From positions 9,573 to 73,572 of the forward strand of contig CAZDTP010000012.1 of assembly GCA_964508365.1 (NCBI GenBank): a stretch of DNA of 64,000 nt, read 5' to 3'. This document shows, piece after piece, positions 48,236 through 58,621 of the stretch. Within the stretch, counting starts at the first letter, position 1, and each line of letters begins with the position of its first letter. Both the position numbers and the translations under genes were made by a program. Below the pieces are notes generated by a model, which was not told the origin of the DNA, ran no database searches, and was given only the letters and a program-made list of their open reading frames with translations. Source of the stretch: an uncultured archaeon (GTDB lineage: Archaea > Asgardarchaeota > Lokiarchaeia > Sigyniarchaeales > SOKP01).

Positions 48236-49594
48236 TCATTTCTTACTTAGAAAATTGTATGCAAAAATCGCATAAACCTTTATCGCTCTAATGAAATCTA
48301 AAATTTCTATATTTTCATCAATTGCATGAGCGGTTCTTCCTTTTCCAGGTCCGAATAAGATGGTTTGTGGACAGTATCCGTCGTTGCGTATAAAATGCGC
48401 ATCAGCAGAAGCGGGTAGAAGAAAAAATAATGGTTTTTTTTCGTAGATCTTTTCAACAAGCTCATAAAAATTATTTAATTCCTCTGATTCTTCCCAATTT
48501 TCCCAATAAGAGCCTTCAGAAGCCGTTATTATTTCAATCTCAACAAAAACTTTTTCCGAAGGACTAGTTGAAATATCCTTCACTAAATATCCTATATCAT
48601 TAGTAATTAGTTTCTTTAAAGCTTCTATAATGGGTTCGACTTGTTGTCCCGGTAAAAGTCTAACATCAAGAATAGCCTCACAAGAGTCGGGAATTACATT
48701 CTCTTTAATTCCCCCCTTTATCATGGTAAGCGCTTTTGAATAACTAACAAGAGATTGGAGCAAGCTTTCTAGTTCAGGTTGTTCGTTAAAAATCCTGTTA
48801 AAAATATCTTCAGTTGGAAAGGCAACGGCTAATAATTTTTTTAGTTTTTCTAATTTAATCGGTGGTTCACTTTTAGGGATATATCCATCGATTTTTTCAA
48901 GGTTTTCAATGATCTCACTCATCATATAAATTGCGTTTTTACTCATTGCTGGCATTGAAGAATGACCTGAAATCCCATTTGTTCTTATTTTTATGATAAG
49001 ATGCCCCTTTTCCCCTACGAGAATTGCTTTAGGTAGTGGACTTAGACCTGTTGATTCACCTATCACTGCAAAATCAAACTTTATAGGCTTTAATGGATTC
49101 TCAACGCACCAACCTGTTCCAAACATCCCACCTGTTTCTTCATCTGCGACAGCATTCAAAATTAAATTTCCAGTAAAATCTAACTCTAACTCTTTTAAAA
49201 CTTTTAAAGCAATAGCCATAGCTGCTAACCCGCTCTTCATATCAGAACTTCCTCTACCATATATAATTTTATTACGCTTAACTAGCGCCGAGAAGGGGGG
49301 ATATTTCCAATCTGTTTCGGATCCTGGAGGAACGACATCCATGTGCCCGTTGTATAACAGATTTTTTACTTCAAAATTTTCGTTTAAATAAGCTATTAGA
49401 TTTGCACGATTATTTCCAAAGGGAAAAATTTCAGTTTTAATGTTTACATCTTTTAAGAAATCTTCAATAATCAATGCTACATTTTTTTCATTACCAGGTG
49501 GGTTGACAGAATCGCTTTGAATAAGTTTCCTTAAAAATTCAACATAAATCTCTTTATTTTGCTCAATTTTGGATATAATTGATTCTATACTCAT
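48236..49594 (-). CDS. M20 family metallopeptidase (ArgE/DapE-like)
   Basis: NGHMDVVP, YGRGSSDMKSG, DEETGG, GHSSMP, NVIPD, ADAHF, AHAIDE. Confidence 0.93.
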   Translation of the reverse strand: MSIESIISKIEQNKEIYVEFLRKLIQSDSVNPPGNEKNVALIIEDFLKDVNIKTEIFPFGNNRANLIAYLNENFEVKNLLYNGHMDVVPPGSETDWKYPPFSALVKRNKIIYGRGSSDMKSGLAAMAIALKVLKELELDFTGNLILNAVADEETGGMFGTGWCVENPLKPIKFDFAVIGESTGLSPLPKAILVGEKGHLIIKIRTNGISGHSSMPAMSKNAIYMMSEIIENLEKIDGYIPKSEPPIKLEKLKKLLAVAFPTEDIFNRIFNEQPELESLLQSLVSYSKALTMIKGGIKENVIPDSCEAILDVRLLPGQQVEPIIEALKKLITNDIGYLVKDISTSPSEKVFVEIEIITASEGSYWENWEESEELNNFYELVEKIYEKKPLFFLLPASADAHFIRNDGYCPQTILFGPGKGRTAHAIDENIEILDFIRAIKVYAIFAYNFLSKK

Positions 49595-49747
49595 TTAATC
49601 TTTCGACCTTATATATATTTTAATTCTCTAATCATACTTATTATCTTAATATCCCACCATTAAGTAATCTATCGAATAAATTTAATATAAATTAGCAAAT
49701 TTTAATATTCTTAGATTATTTAATAACTAAAATATTGACAATTACGG

Positions 49748-52700
49748 TTGGTATATTTGATTTTGCGACGAACAAAGAAGGTTAAAAGAATTTTATTGGC
49801 GATTATATTCATCTTTTCAATGTTAGTACTAAATACTTGGATAGTGAGTGACTTTAATATAGACATGAACAATAGCCAACAACATAATTGGTTAAATGAT
49901 GAAAATCATATTCTAACTTCTGATGCCGACCCGTATTTGACAGATTATTACATATCAGGCACAGGAGATAATCGAGATGTAAGAATTTACGTTTTAAATA
50001 ATTCCTTTTCAAATGATAACAATCAAAATTCTTTTAATATTCCATCTATGTCAACTACAGAATCAACTTATTTGACATATGGAAATTTTAATTTCACATT
50101 TCAGAATAATTTCACAACCGATTATATTATGGAAGATACAAACGCTTTAGAAGCAGATGGTTTTATTGAATTTGTATATAACGAGGGTACCTCTTCTATG
50201 AAGATTAATACTGGTGAAAACCTTACTTTAATAGATTTTGGTAATCTAGTGGACGGACTCTCATCTAATATAGAATTGAATTCGTCTAGTGGCGTATTAA
50301 ATTTCACAATAGCATCAAACTTTGCAAGTACGATTTATGATGGATCATTGTTTGATGTCAATTTTGATAGATCGACAATATTAGGGTTGATTTCGCAATT
50401 TTCAGGTAGTATCACCAAAAATGTTACCTTAACGCTTAGAATGTTTGATGTATCAAGCTCATCTTGGAAAAGCGTAGTTGACCCTTTTTTCATAGATAGT
50501 AATTTAGGTACACAAGTATTTAAGAATAAGTTCATTAATGAAAATTTAAATTATATTAATGCGTCAGATATAAGCCAAATACAGTTTTATTTCAATAGAT
50601 CTGATACAACTGATTTTATCCTTACATTAAGAGAATTCGAATTGGCGTCCACATATGGATTTGATTTACCAATCACCGATAGCAAGCAAGTGGCTTTAGA
50701 GTTTGATTTAAAGGGGGAAAGCTCAAGTGTAAACGGATTTTATGCCTGGATAAGAACTTTGAACCTCACCCAAGCTTTAAATGCAGAATTAAATATAACC
50801 CTATATGAAGCAAATGCAACTATAACTAGAACACCATCAAATCTAATAGCTGAAAATTTAGAACCTGACACTTCGAAATTAATAGATTCTCAAATATTTG
50901 ACTATAACGATTATCATGGCGATTCTTTATCATATTTTGAATTTAATCTTTCAAATACACAAGACTTAGGTCTCAAAAACTATTTTATTGTTATTAAATC
51001 AAACCGCTCAGAACAGATTTTTAGTTTAGTTACATTACCTAAGCAAACCTTTGGGGATCCTGATTCGAAAGTAGATCATCAATTAAGAACAAGCAGTAAC
51101 AATGGAACAACATGGAATGTAGCGAAAAAACAAATACCTTCCATACCTATCTACACCTCTGAAATACTTGACGCAGCAGCTTTTAAATTGAATGTCACTA
51201 GAGCATATATGCCCTCAGATTTTACGAATCCTTACGATAGTCAAGATACATTAAAGATTCAAGATATTCCTATTATTAACCAGATCAACAATGATCCTCC
51301 TTACGATACAAGTTCGTCCTTAACCTGGGGTTTAGGTCAATGGGATTATAATTTTACTACTTCAATTACAAACAATTCTTTGAATAATTTCCAAATAGAC
51401 TTAACATGGAATAATAGCATAATTCAAGGATTTAATTTTAATGTTACCTATAGGGTAAAGGCATATTGGATAGAACAAGCTAATAGTGTATATCGAGTGT
51501 CTTATGATACTACTCCGATATGGGAGTTAAACTATACTATGAACACGGGTTATAAAAACTTCGATAACTGGAATTTGCTCGAATTTTGGTATTTATTTCC
51601 GAGCGATTATACTGCAAAAAATTTAACAAATCCAAACTTCGTCGAGATTTACGAAGACATAGTAAACAAGACGGGCGGAGAACAGATACTGCCCAATCAA
51701 CCTTCATACGAATATGTATCAGTCCCAAACGATATTATAAGTGGTATAAGCGGTATTTACTCACTTAACCTTACTAGTAGCAACCTCATATATGATATGA
51801 ATAGTTACATTAATTACAAAAACATTCTTTGGGAAACTAACGGTTTTATGTACGGGGATAATGTATCAATAAAACTCGATATAAGAGATCCTAATTCTAA
51901 TGCTCCTATTAGTGGTAACGCTAATGTGGTTCTTTTTTATCCAAATAATGCAACAAAAGTACCAGGAGCCGAATTAAATTCAGGATCAGGAGTAATAAAT
52001 GGAAATTCTCTCGTTTACGATTTTAATAATCAATCCATTTACGAAGTGACAAACGCTATACCTGTTCTTGGTAATTATTATTTAGGATTCTTCTGGGAAA
52101 ATGGCTCTGCTATAGGATGTCAAAAACTTAAGCTTTATATTGATAAGTACGATGTTGAGATGAATAATTTAATCTTCGAACCAACATTAAACCAGAATAT
52201 TCTTGATGGAATTGTTGATAAGGTATATGAAGAATATTCGATACTGATTAGTACTGTTAATGTCACGGATGATAAATACTATCCTTCGTTTTATGCTGTA
52301 AATAAAACAGATGTTAATCAAGAGTTTATTTATACTATTGGTAATGAAGAAATCCCGATTGAAATTGAAAATTTTCTTCAAAACGAGACAATTTTGAATC
52401 CTAATGAAGACATACGAATTACCACAAGAATTCAAAATAAACACAACTTTGTCGAGATTAAATTAAAGTTAAACGTTCAGCTTGTATCTTTAGCTAATGA
52501 AGAATGGGTTATCGCTGAAAAAATGACAGATCTTAAAACTTTAAAACCGAGTATTGATCCTAATGGCGAAGACACCCAAGAGTTTTCTGTTGATATCACA
52601 ATGCCAACTCTTCTCGGAGATGGAATTTGGCATGGAGTGAATGCTCCAATAAGAAAAGGTGGAGCAAAAACAATATTTACAGTTTTTATAGAATATGGTG

Positions 52701-53944
52701 GCGAAAGCTTTGAGATTGATACTTTTGAAAGTAGTGAATATTCCTTAATTATCAATAGTACAGAAGATGTGTTTGAAGGTTATATCATCGCTTTAAAATC
52801 AAACAATGATATTACAGGAGGTTCAATTGTAAAGCCTTTTGAAAGAGATGAATGTCAATATCTCCCAAATCAAACTACTTTTGTAATAAATATTTACGAT
52901 AAAAATTATGTAAGTAGCTACAATCAATTTATTGAAAGTTTTTCTCTGAAAACTAATAGTGATTTTTCAGAAATTCAAACACAACCTCAAACACCGAATT
53001 ATGGTCAATCATTCAATATAAGTTCTGTATTAAAAACGGAGTTTGGAGATATACTTCCAAATAAGAATGTTTCTTGTCAATTTTATCATAGTGGAATATG
53101 GGAAACACTTTCAACTCAAATTTCGGATATGGATGGTGTTACAAATTTTGAAATTGATACATTAAACCTACCAAGCGATGATCAGTTTAAATTTCGCTTA
53201 ACTTGGCAAGGAGATCAATATACTTTAGAAAACGCTCAAAATGTTACTGTTTTTATGAATCGCGCGTTCAATGCCATATCCTTAGCGCTTCGATCGAATG
53301 TAGTGCAGATTTATAGAAACGCTCAAATCATCATCCAATTAACATTACATAATATAGGAGACTCGGAACTCAGAGTAATCGTTCCTAATATTTCTATAGG
53401 GATCACGCCCTCATTAACATATAGCGTTGTTGAAATTGATTATTTAGCGTTAGAACAATTTAAACCCGGAGATATTACAGTTATTTTGATGAGAATTGAT
53501 GTTCCAGCAATCGAACAAATGAATGTATCTGTTTCAATAGGCGTAAAAAATGATATAACCGATGAGGAACTTACTTTTCAAGTTTCAAAGTTGTTTGATA
53601 TATATGATGTGCAACTTATTGATTATTTACTAAACCTTTTTACCCTTATCATGGTCTCTATTTTTATTTTAATCTGGGGAATCATGTTCTTTTATGTGAG
53701 AAGGACTATAAAGAGAATTGAAACTCCTTATGAAGAACCTGACAAAACAAAACAACGAAAAGGAAGATATGTATCAGTAAGCGAATTACCGAAAGAAGAA
53801 ATTCCAGAAGCACAACCAACAGAGGATACCGAAAAAAAAACCAAGAAGAGATTTAAGAAGAAAAAACCAGAAGCCGAGAAAAAAGATGAATCTCCTGCTA
53901 CAGATTTAGATTCGTTATTAGAAGAAAAAGGTCTTAAGGATTAA
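49748..53944 (+). CDS. Large single-pass surface glycoprotein with charged cytoplasmic tail
   Basis: N-terminal signal/TM, many NxS/T sequons, beta-rich ectodomain, TM near the C-terminus, about 80-aa Lys/Glu tail. Confidence 0.8.
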   Translation: MVYLILRRTKKVKRILLAIIFIFSMLVLNTWIVSDFNIDMNNSQQHNWLNDENHILTSDADPYLTDYYISGTGDNRDVRIYVLNNSFSNDNNQNSFNIPSMSTTESTYLTYGNFNFTFQNNFTTDYIMEDTNALEADGFIEFVYNEGTSSMKINTGENLTLIDFGNLVDGLSSNIELNSSSGVLNFTIASNFASTIYDGSLFDVNFDRSTILGLISQFSGSITKNVTLTLRMFDVSSSSWKSVVDPFFIDSNLGTQVFKNKFINENLNYINASDISQIQFYFNRSDTTDFILTLREFELASTYGFDLPITDSKQVALEFDLKGESSSVNGFYAWIRTLNLTQALNAELNITLYEANATITRTPSNLIAENLEPDTSKLIDSQIFDYNDYHGDSLSYFEFNLSNTQDLGLKNYFIVIKSNRSEQIFSLVTLPKQTFGDPDSKVDHQLRTSSNNGTTWNVAKKQIPSIPIYTSEILDAAAFKLNVTRAYMPSDFTNPYDSQDTLKIQDIPIINQINNDPPYDTSSSLTWGLGQWDYNFTTSITNNSLNNFQIDLTWNNSIIQGFNFNVTYRVKAYWIEQANSVYRVSYDTTPIWELNYTMNTGYKNFDNWNLLEFWYLFPSDYTAKNLTNPNFVEIYEDIVNKTGGEQILPNQPSYEYVSVPNDIISGISGIYSLNLTSSNLIYDMNSYINYKNILWETNGFMYGDNVSIKLDIRDPNSNAPISGNANVVLFYPNNATKVPGAELNSGSGVINGNSLVYDFNNQSIYEVTNAIPVLGNYYLGFFWENGSAIGCQKLKLYIDKYDVEMNNLIFEPTLNQNILDGIVDKVYEEYSILISTVNVTDDKYYPSFYAVNKTDVNQEFIYTIGNEEIPIEIENFLQNETILNPNEDIRITTRIQNKHNFVEIKLKLNVQLVSLANEEWVIAEKMTDLKTLKPSIDPNGEDTQEFSVDITMPTLLGDGIWHGVNAPIRKGGAKTIFTVFIEYGGESFEIDTFESSEYSLIINSTEDVFEGYIIALKSNNDITGGSIVKPFERDECQYLPNQTTFVINIYDKNYVSSYNQFIESFSLKTNSDFSEIQTQPQTPNYGQSFNISSVLKTEFGDILPNKNVSCQFYHSGIWETLSTQISDMDGVTNFEIDTLNLPSDDQFKFRLTWQGDQYTLENAQNVTVFMNRAFNAISLALRSNVVQIYRNAQIIIQLTLHNIGDSELRVIVPNISIGITPSLTYSVVEIDYLALEQFKPGDITVILMRIDVPAIEQMNVSVSIGVKNDITDEELTFQVSKLFDIYDVQLIDYLLNLFTLIMVSIFILIWGIMFFYVRRTIKRIETPYEEPDKTKQRKGRYVSVSELPKEEIPEAQPTEDTEKKTKKRFKKKKPEAEKKDESPATDLDSLLEEKGLKD

Positions 53945-54000
53945 TTCTCAAAACTATTTACTTCCTATATTACTTTTTTTTAAAAAAAGAGGAAATAATT

Positions 54001-54354
54001 TTATAAGTTTGAAATTGAAATTAAGTTTCTTTTAAGAAGAGATAAAGACGCTTTACCATCTAATCCTGCTAAAGCGATTAAGATTCCCTTATCAGAGCTA
54101 ACTATTACTCCATATCCGTCTTCTAATTCTAGAGTTGCTGATTTTACGCTTCCCTTACCTGTGTTTTCCCCTAAAGCATTAGAGTTTTTTATGAGTGTAG
54201 CGCATGATTTCGCGATTCCATTGAGGTCCATATCCGTAATAGTTTGTCCTACGATAACTTTTCCTTCCATATCAGAAGCTATTAAACCCTCAGTTTCAGG
54301 TACGACATCAAACAATTCTGCTAATTTCTTTTCAATAACTTCCTTGTCTACCAT
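54001..54354 (-). CDS. Roadblock/LC7 domain protein
   Basis: EGLIASDMEGKVI, helix, VKSATLELEDG.GVIV. Confidence 0.8.
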   Translation of the reverse strand: MVDKEVIEKKLAELFDVVPETEGLIASDMEGKVIVGQTITDMDLNGIAKSCATLIKNSNALGENTGKGSVKSATLELEDGYGVIVSSDKGILIALAGLDGKASLSLLKRNLISISNL

Positions 54355-54636
54355 AGTTACACGACTCTTTATTTTTTTAGTAATAAGTTTGCATTCTAAA
54401 TTAGCTTAGCTAAATCTTGTAGTTTAATACTTAAATATATATATATATTAGCCTAATTTAAATTTATTTCCCTTCGTGTATCTCACGCTTTTTTTTCTAA
54501 CATAACGCTTAATAATTTACAACTTATTAAAAGAATTAAAAGAAGATGATAATTTTTTAAATAGGGAATATATTATAATTATATCATTAAAAATAAAAAT
54601 TTATTAAATAACCAATTAAATGGTGAAAATTAGAGT

Positions 54637-54921
54637 TTGATTAATCGAGCAGAAGTCAAGGCTATCATTCGACGCTTCGAAGAACGCGAGGGAATAAGGG
54701 GTGTGATCATTTGTGATTCGAGTGGCTTACCGATAGATTCTAACATGGAAATAGAAATAAGCGAAGAGATCTCAGCTTATGTTACGTCTTTAATTGGTAA
54801 GGGAAAACAGGTCGTGGATGCTTTGAAAGAAGGTGGACTAAAATTTATACGCTTAGAAACTTCGAAAGGAGAAACTATGATTGCTTTAGAGGAACAACTT
54901 ATTCTAATTATCCTTAAATAA
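54637..54921 (+). CDS. Roadblock/LC7 protein resembling dynein light chain roadblock
   Basis: AEV..I.R...EGIRGVIICDSSGLPIDSNM...LKFIRLETSKGE.MIA; TTG start. Confidence 0.85.
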   Translation: MINRAEVKAIIRRFEEREGIRGVIICDSSGLPIDSNMEIEISEEISAYVTSLIGKGKQVVDALKEGGLKFIRLETSKGETMIALEEQLILIILK

Positions 54922-54987
54922 TCAATCTTTGATTGTATTGATCCTATCTGATCAAACTACTTGCTGTTATATGGATTTTTTCAAAAA

Positions 54988-55620
54988 TTAAAGAAAAAAT
55001 TTCCTAAACATATTATTTGCTCTTTCTTCTCCTACAGTTGATAAACCCATATGCCCAGGGCATATGATAAAGTTATCGTTTATTTCTTTATTATACATAA
55101 TCTTCTTTCGTATACTTTCAAATAATAAATTCTGATTCCCACCCTGAAAATCCGATCTTCCAATACTTCCTCTAAAAATTAAATCACCTGTGAACAAGAT
55201 GCCGTTAATTTCTTTTCCTTTAAACTTATCAACATCGGAAGTGTAAAAGCATAAGGATCCAGGACTATGACCTGGTGTTTCTAAAGTAAGGAGTTTAATC
55301 TCTCCGATTTCAATAATATCTCCCTCAACTAGCCACCGATTAGCTTCTTTTTGATTAAATGTTCCAGAATCGTACTCTTTCTTATTATACATTAGTGGTA
55401 TTTCAAAATGGCGGAGAATTTTCCCTACTTTTGTTGTGTGATCAAAATGACCATGTGTTAATAAAACAGCAATTGGTTTTCCTTTTAATTCATCAATACT
55501 ATTAATTATTGCTTCGGCATTTCCTCCAGGATCTATTACAACAAGTTCGTTGGTCTTGTCTGATCCAAAGATATAGCAATTTGTACCCAATGGTCCTACG
55601 ATAAGCTTTTCGAAAATCAT
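54988..55620 (-). CDS. MBL-fold metallo-hydrolase (glyoxalase II-like)
   Basis: THGHFDH, TPGHSPG, FTGDLIF, GRSDF, PGHM. Confidence 0.93.
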   Translation of the reverse strand: MIFEKLIVGPLGTNCYIFGSDKTNELVVIDPGGNAEAIINSIDELKGKPIAVLLTHGHFDHTTKVGKILRHFEIPLMYNKKEYDSGTFNQKEANRWLVEGDIIEIGEIKLLTLETPGHSPGSLCFYTSDVDKFKGKEINGILFTGDLIFRGSIGRSDFQGGNQNLLFESIRKKIMYNKEINDNFIICPGHMGLSTVGEERANNMFRKFFL

Positions 55621-55726
55621 TTTTCTTAACTCCTTCTAATCAGGTGAATATATCTTTTTAATAAAAAAAGAAAGAAAGATTTAAAAATAACTGCTGAGAA
55701 TATGAGATTTTAGTATAAAATGAAGT

Positions 55727-56014
55727 CTATTTATTGCTTATTAGATTATTGATTTCTTCTAATCTATTATACACTTCTAAACCTTTAGACGTTAATTTTA
55801 CGAACTTCTTTTTGTTGTTTTGCTCAATCGTAATCAACCCCCTCTCGATTAAATCCTCTTTAACTCGGAAATACGAATTGTAGTAGCTAAACTTGTTCAA
55901 TTCGTTATAAAAGGAGTGTTTATCGATCTTATGCCCTTTAGAGTTCATAAGGACTTCTAATGTATCTCTAAAACCTTTCTTCTTTAAAAAGCTTATCAAA
56001 TCATCAATAGCCAA
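55727..56014 (-). CDS. Winged-helix DNA-binding protein
   Basis: DLIERGLITIE...KFVKLTSKG; probable TTG start 56014 after GAGGTAAG (ORF track starts 56095). Confidence 0.7.
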   Translation of the reverse strand: MAIDDLISFLKKKGFRDTLEVLMNSKGHKIDKHSFYNELNKFSYYNSYFRVKEDLIERGLITIEQNNKKKFVKLTSKGLEVYNRLEEINNLISNK

Positions 56015-56279
56015 TCTATCCCTTACCTCAATTAAATAATAACAACTTAATTTACTTAAATGTAATAAACAAAAATATTCAAAATTAAAAAACATTTTGA
56101 AAATAATTATTAAGCTAATAATGAAATAAACAAATAATTTAAATCATGAGCTTAAATTCCACAACGACAAAATGATCCTTAAAGTTAATGCCACCTCAAA
56201 ATAAACTAGAATAAATTAGATTACAATTCTCATATTAATTTATTAAAATTTATTACTTGGAAATAATTTTTAAACTTGA

Positions 56280-57005
56280 ATGGACTTTAGTAGATATTTT
56301 GAATTTGCAAAAGGTAACACACCAGTTATCCTATCTTGTCCTCATGGAGGTTTTAAAAAGCCAAACAGAATACTAGATAAGACAGTCGGTCCTCGAATTG
56401 CAGACAAGAATACATATTTCATCGCAAAGTTGATTATAAGATCATTAAAAGATAAAAATATCAGCATTTTCCACATTCTTAACAAAATCCACAGAAGCAA
56501 AGTAGATTTAAACCGACCCTCGCAATCAGAAAGTTCCTTCAATCATAAATCTATTGAAGCACAGACGATTTTTCATTCTTATCATGAACTTTTGAACAGT
56601 TTCGCTCAAGAGTGCGTATCTAACCATGGAAGAGTATTAATTATAGATTTCCATGGATTTACAAAGCCTTATAGCGAATATCCTGATGTTATTTTTGGTC
56701 ACATATTCGGAAAAACCCTTGATCTCCTTGAAGATTCAAAAGAACAAGATTGTAATAAATACTGGGGCTGTTCACAGTTGCAAAACGAAATTTCTAAACA
56801 CTTCAAAATGGATGACGGGCTAGCTTTAACAGGACACAATTTATCCTATTCTGGGGGATATATAACTCAGCAGTTTTTTAAAAAAAGCCAAATAAACGCA
56901 ATTCAAATTGAGGTTGCAAAAAGTATTCGATTAGACTTCCAACTTACAGAAACGCTTGTAAAAGCATTAACCAACGCAATAGTCAATTTGAACTCAAAGA
57001 AGTAA
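56280..57005 (+). CDS. N-formylglutamate amidohydrolase family protein
   Basis: LSCPHGG, RSKVDLNR, IDFHGF, YSGGYIT, AIQIEV. Confidence 0.8.
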   Translation: MDFSRYFEFAKGNTPVILSCPHGGFKKPNRILDKTVGPRIADKNTYFIAKLIIRSLKDKNISIFHILNKIHRSKVDLNRPSQSESSFNHKSIEAQTIFHSYHELLNSFAQECVSNHGRVLIIDFHGFTKPYSEYPDVIFGHIFGKTLDLLEDSKEQDCNKYWGCSQLQNEISKHFKMDDGLALTGHNLSYSGGYITQQFFKKSQINAIQIEVAKSIRLDFQLTETLVKALTNAIVNLNSKK

Positions 57006-57034
57006 ATACTAGTATTATTTGCTTTAACTGCAAA

Positions 57035-57241
57035 TCATCTTCGGATAATATAATGGAACGCCGAAAAGAAGAAAAAACTCGTAAAGAAGATTAATGCAAC
57101 CATAACAATAATCGAAATCTGATACTCTATCCAATTGCTAAACTCTGTTATTACTAAAAATATAATCGCATAGATAACAACCATTAAAAATATAATAAAG
57201 AGCAAGAAATATTTTAAAAATTCCTTTTTCCGTTCATGCAT
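57035..57241 (-). CDS. Small two-TM membrane protein
   Basis: 68 aa, two hydrophobic helices. Confidence 0.55.
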   Translation of the reverse strand: MHERKKEFLKYFLLFIIFLMVVIYAIIFLVITEFSNWIEYQISIIVMVALIFFTSFFFFSAFHYIIRR

Positions 57242-57606
57242 TATTAAAAATGTAAATGAACATCCATCTTTAAGAGTTATTAGTATAAATGTTTATATAA
57301 ACAATCTATAAATATTTCTTGCTTACAAAATCCACATTTGGGCATATTAACATTTATACAAGTTTTCTTTATTTTCTTTTTTTTTATATGACCATCTAAA
57401 GCTATTAATATTAGAATAATAGATGTAAGGTAGATTATACGAAAAAGACTAAATTTGTCTCGACCTTTAGGAACAAGTGGATTACTTCAGATGCGGGTTC
57501 TATCGACGATTTTATCAAAACTTACGATGAGCTAGCAAAGAAGTTTAAAGAATGGAAAAAAATGGGGATTATGTTATATTTTGGAAGCTCGGTAGGAAAC
57601 GATCTG

Positions 57607-57921
57607 TTATGATGACCCTGTCCGTTGTGAAGACATTAAATCAATCAAAGATTCGGTCGTTATTACAGAATCACATTTTGCACAAGAGTGGACTATTAGT
57701 GGTATAGCTCCAATTTTATCCAAATATCGGCCAACAAATTTTAAACTATAGCTTGCCATCTTTTTTAACATTTTTCCCCCAAATGGTACAACTTCAGATT
57801 GAATTTCTATGAAATTCTCATAAGATACTAAGATATCACTTCTAAATTTATCATTGATGGGTGTTGGGGAAATTTCTAGCTTTAATTCAAGCTCTTCTTT
57901 ACAATATGGACATTTTGGCAA
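57607..57921 (-). CDS. Small zinc-ribbon protein
   Basis: N-terminal CPYC and C-terminal CAKC. Confidence 0.7.
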   Translation of the reverse strand: MPKCPYCKEELELKLEISPTPINDKFRSDILVSYENFIEIQSEVVPFGGKMLKKMASYSLKFVGRYLDKIGAIPLIVHSCAKCDSVITTESLIDLMSSQRTGSS

Positions 57922-58276
57922 TTTAAATCACATTTTCACTTTTATAATTCTTGAATTTTTTACAGAAAAGTAATTTATACTATTTAAAGTTTAGGGAACT
58001 TCTTTAATAAGATTAATCTTCATTATGAATTTTTGTTTAAATAGTCTCAACAACATTTTTACATATAAAATATCTTAAATCCCTAAATAAGAACCCATCT
58101 GTGACACATTTGGGTAGTGATGCCTATGATCTTGCTTTGTTGGCGAGAAGAGCAGTTTCTGATGGTGATTATGATTTAGGCGCCTTCATTTTAGGATTAA
58201 TGTCTCTATATTTAAGAATTATACCTTACTGTGCTAGAATAAATTAGAAGAGCATCAATTTTTAAGATTCGGTGAT

Positions 58277-58504
58277 GTGAAAAAAAAAGTGATTAAATGT
58301 GAAAAATGCGGTATGCATCATGCTTTATACCACGATTGTAATCAGATTTCAATAAATCATGGAGTAGTGTTTGAAGACGATCGAAAATGTTACGATTGGA
58401 ATTGTCTTATAACTGACGCTCTGAGCATATATAAAATTGAAGAGAGAATTTTAGATAGTATTCTAAACGATTCAAAGGAAAATCCTTTATTGATTTATGA
58501 GTAA
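58277..58504 (+). CDS. Small Cys/His-rich hypothetical protein
   Basis: GTG start, CEKC..HH...H.C, CYDWNC. Confidence 0.5.
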   Translation: MKKKVIKCEKCGMHHALYHDCNQISINHGVVFEDDRKCYDWNCLITDALSIYKIEERILDSILNDSKENPLLIYE

Positions 58505-58621
58505 TTTATTTTTATTATTTTTATTATTTCTTTTTTTTAATCTTATTTCGAGAAATTTCTGACTTTATAAAATAAAAAAGATAATTTCTTAAACAAATAG
58601 TTCATTTTTAAATCATTCATT

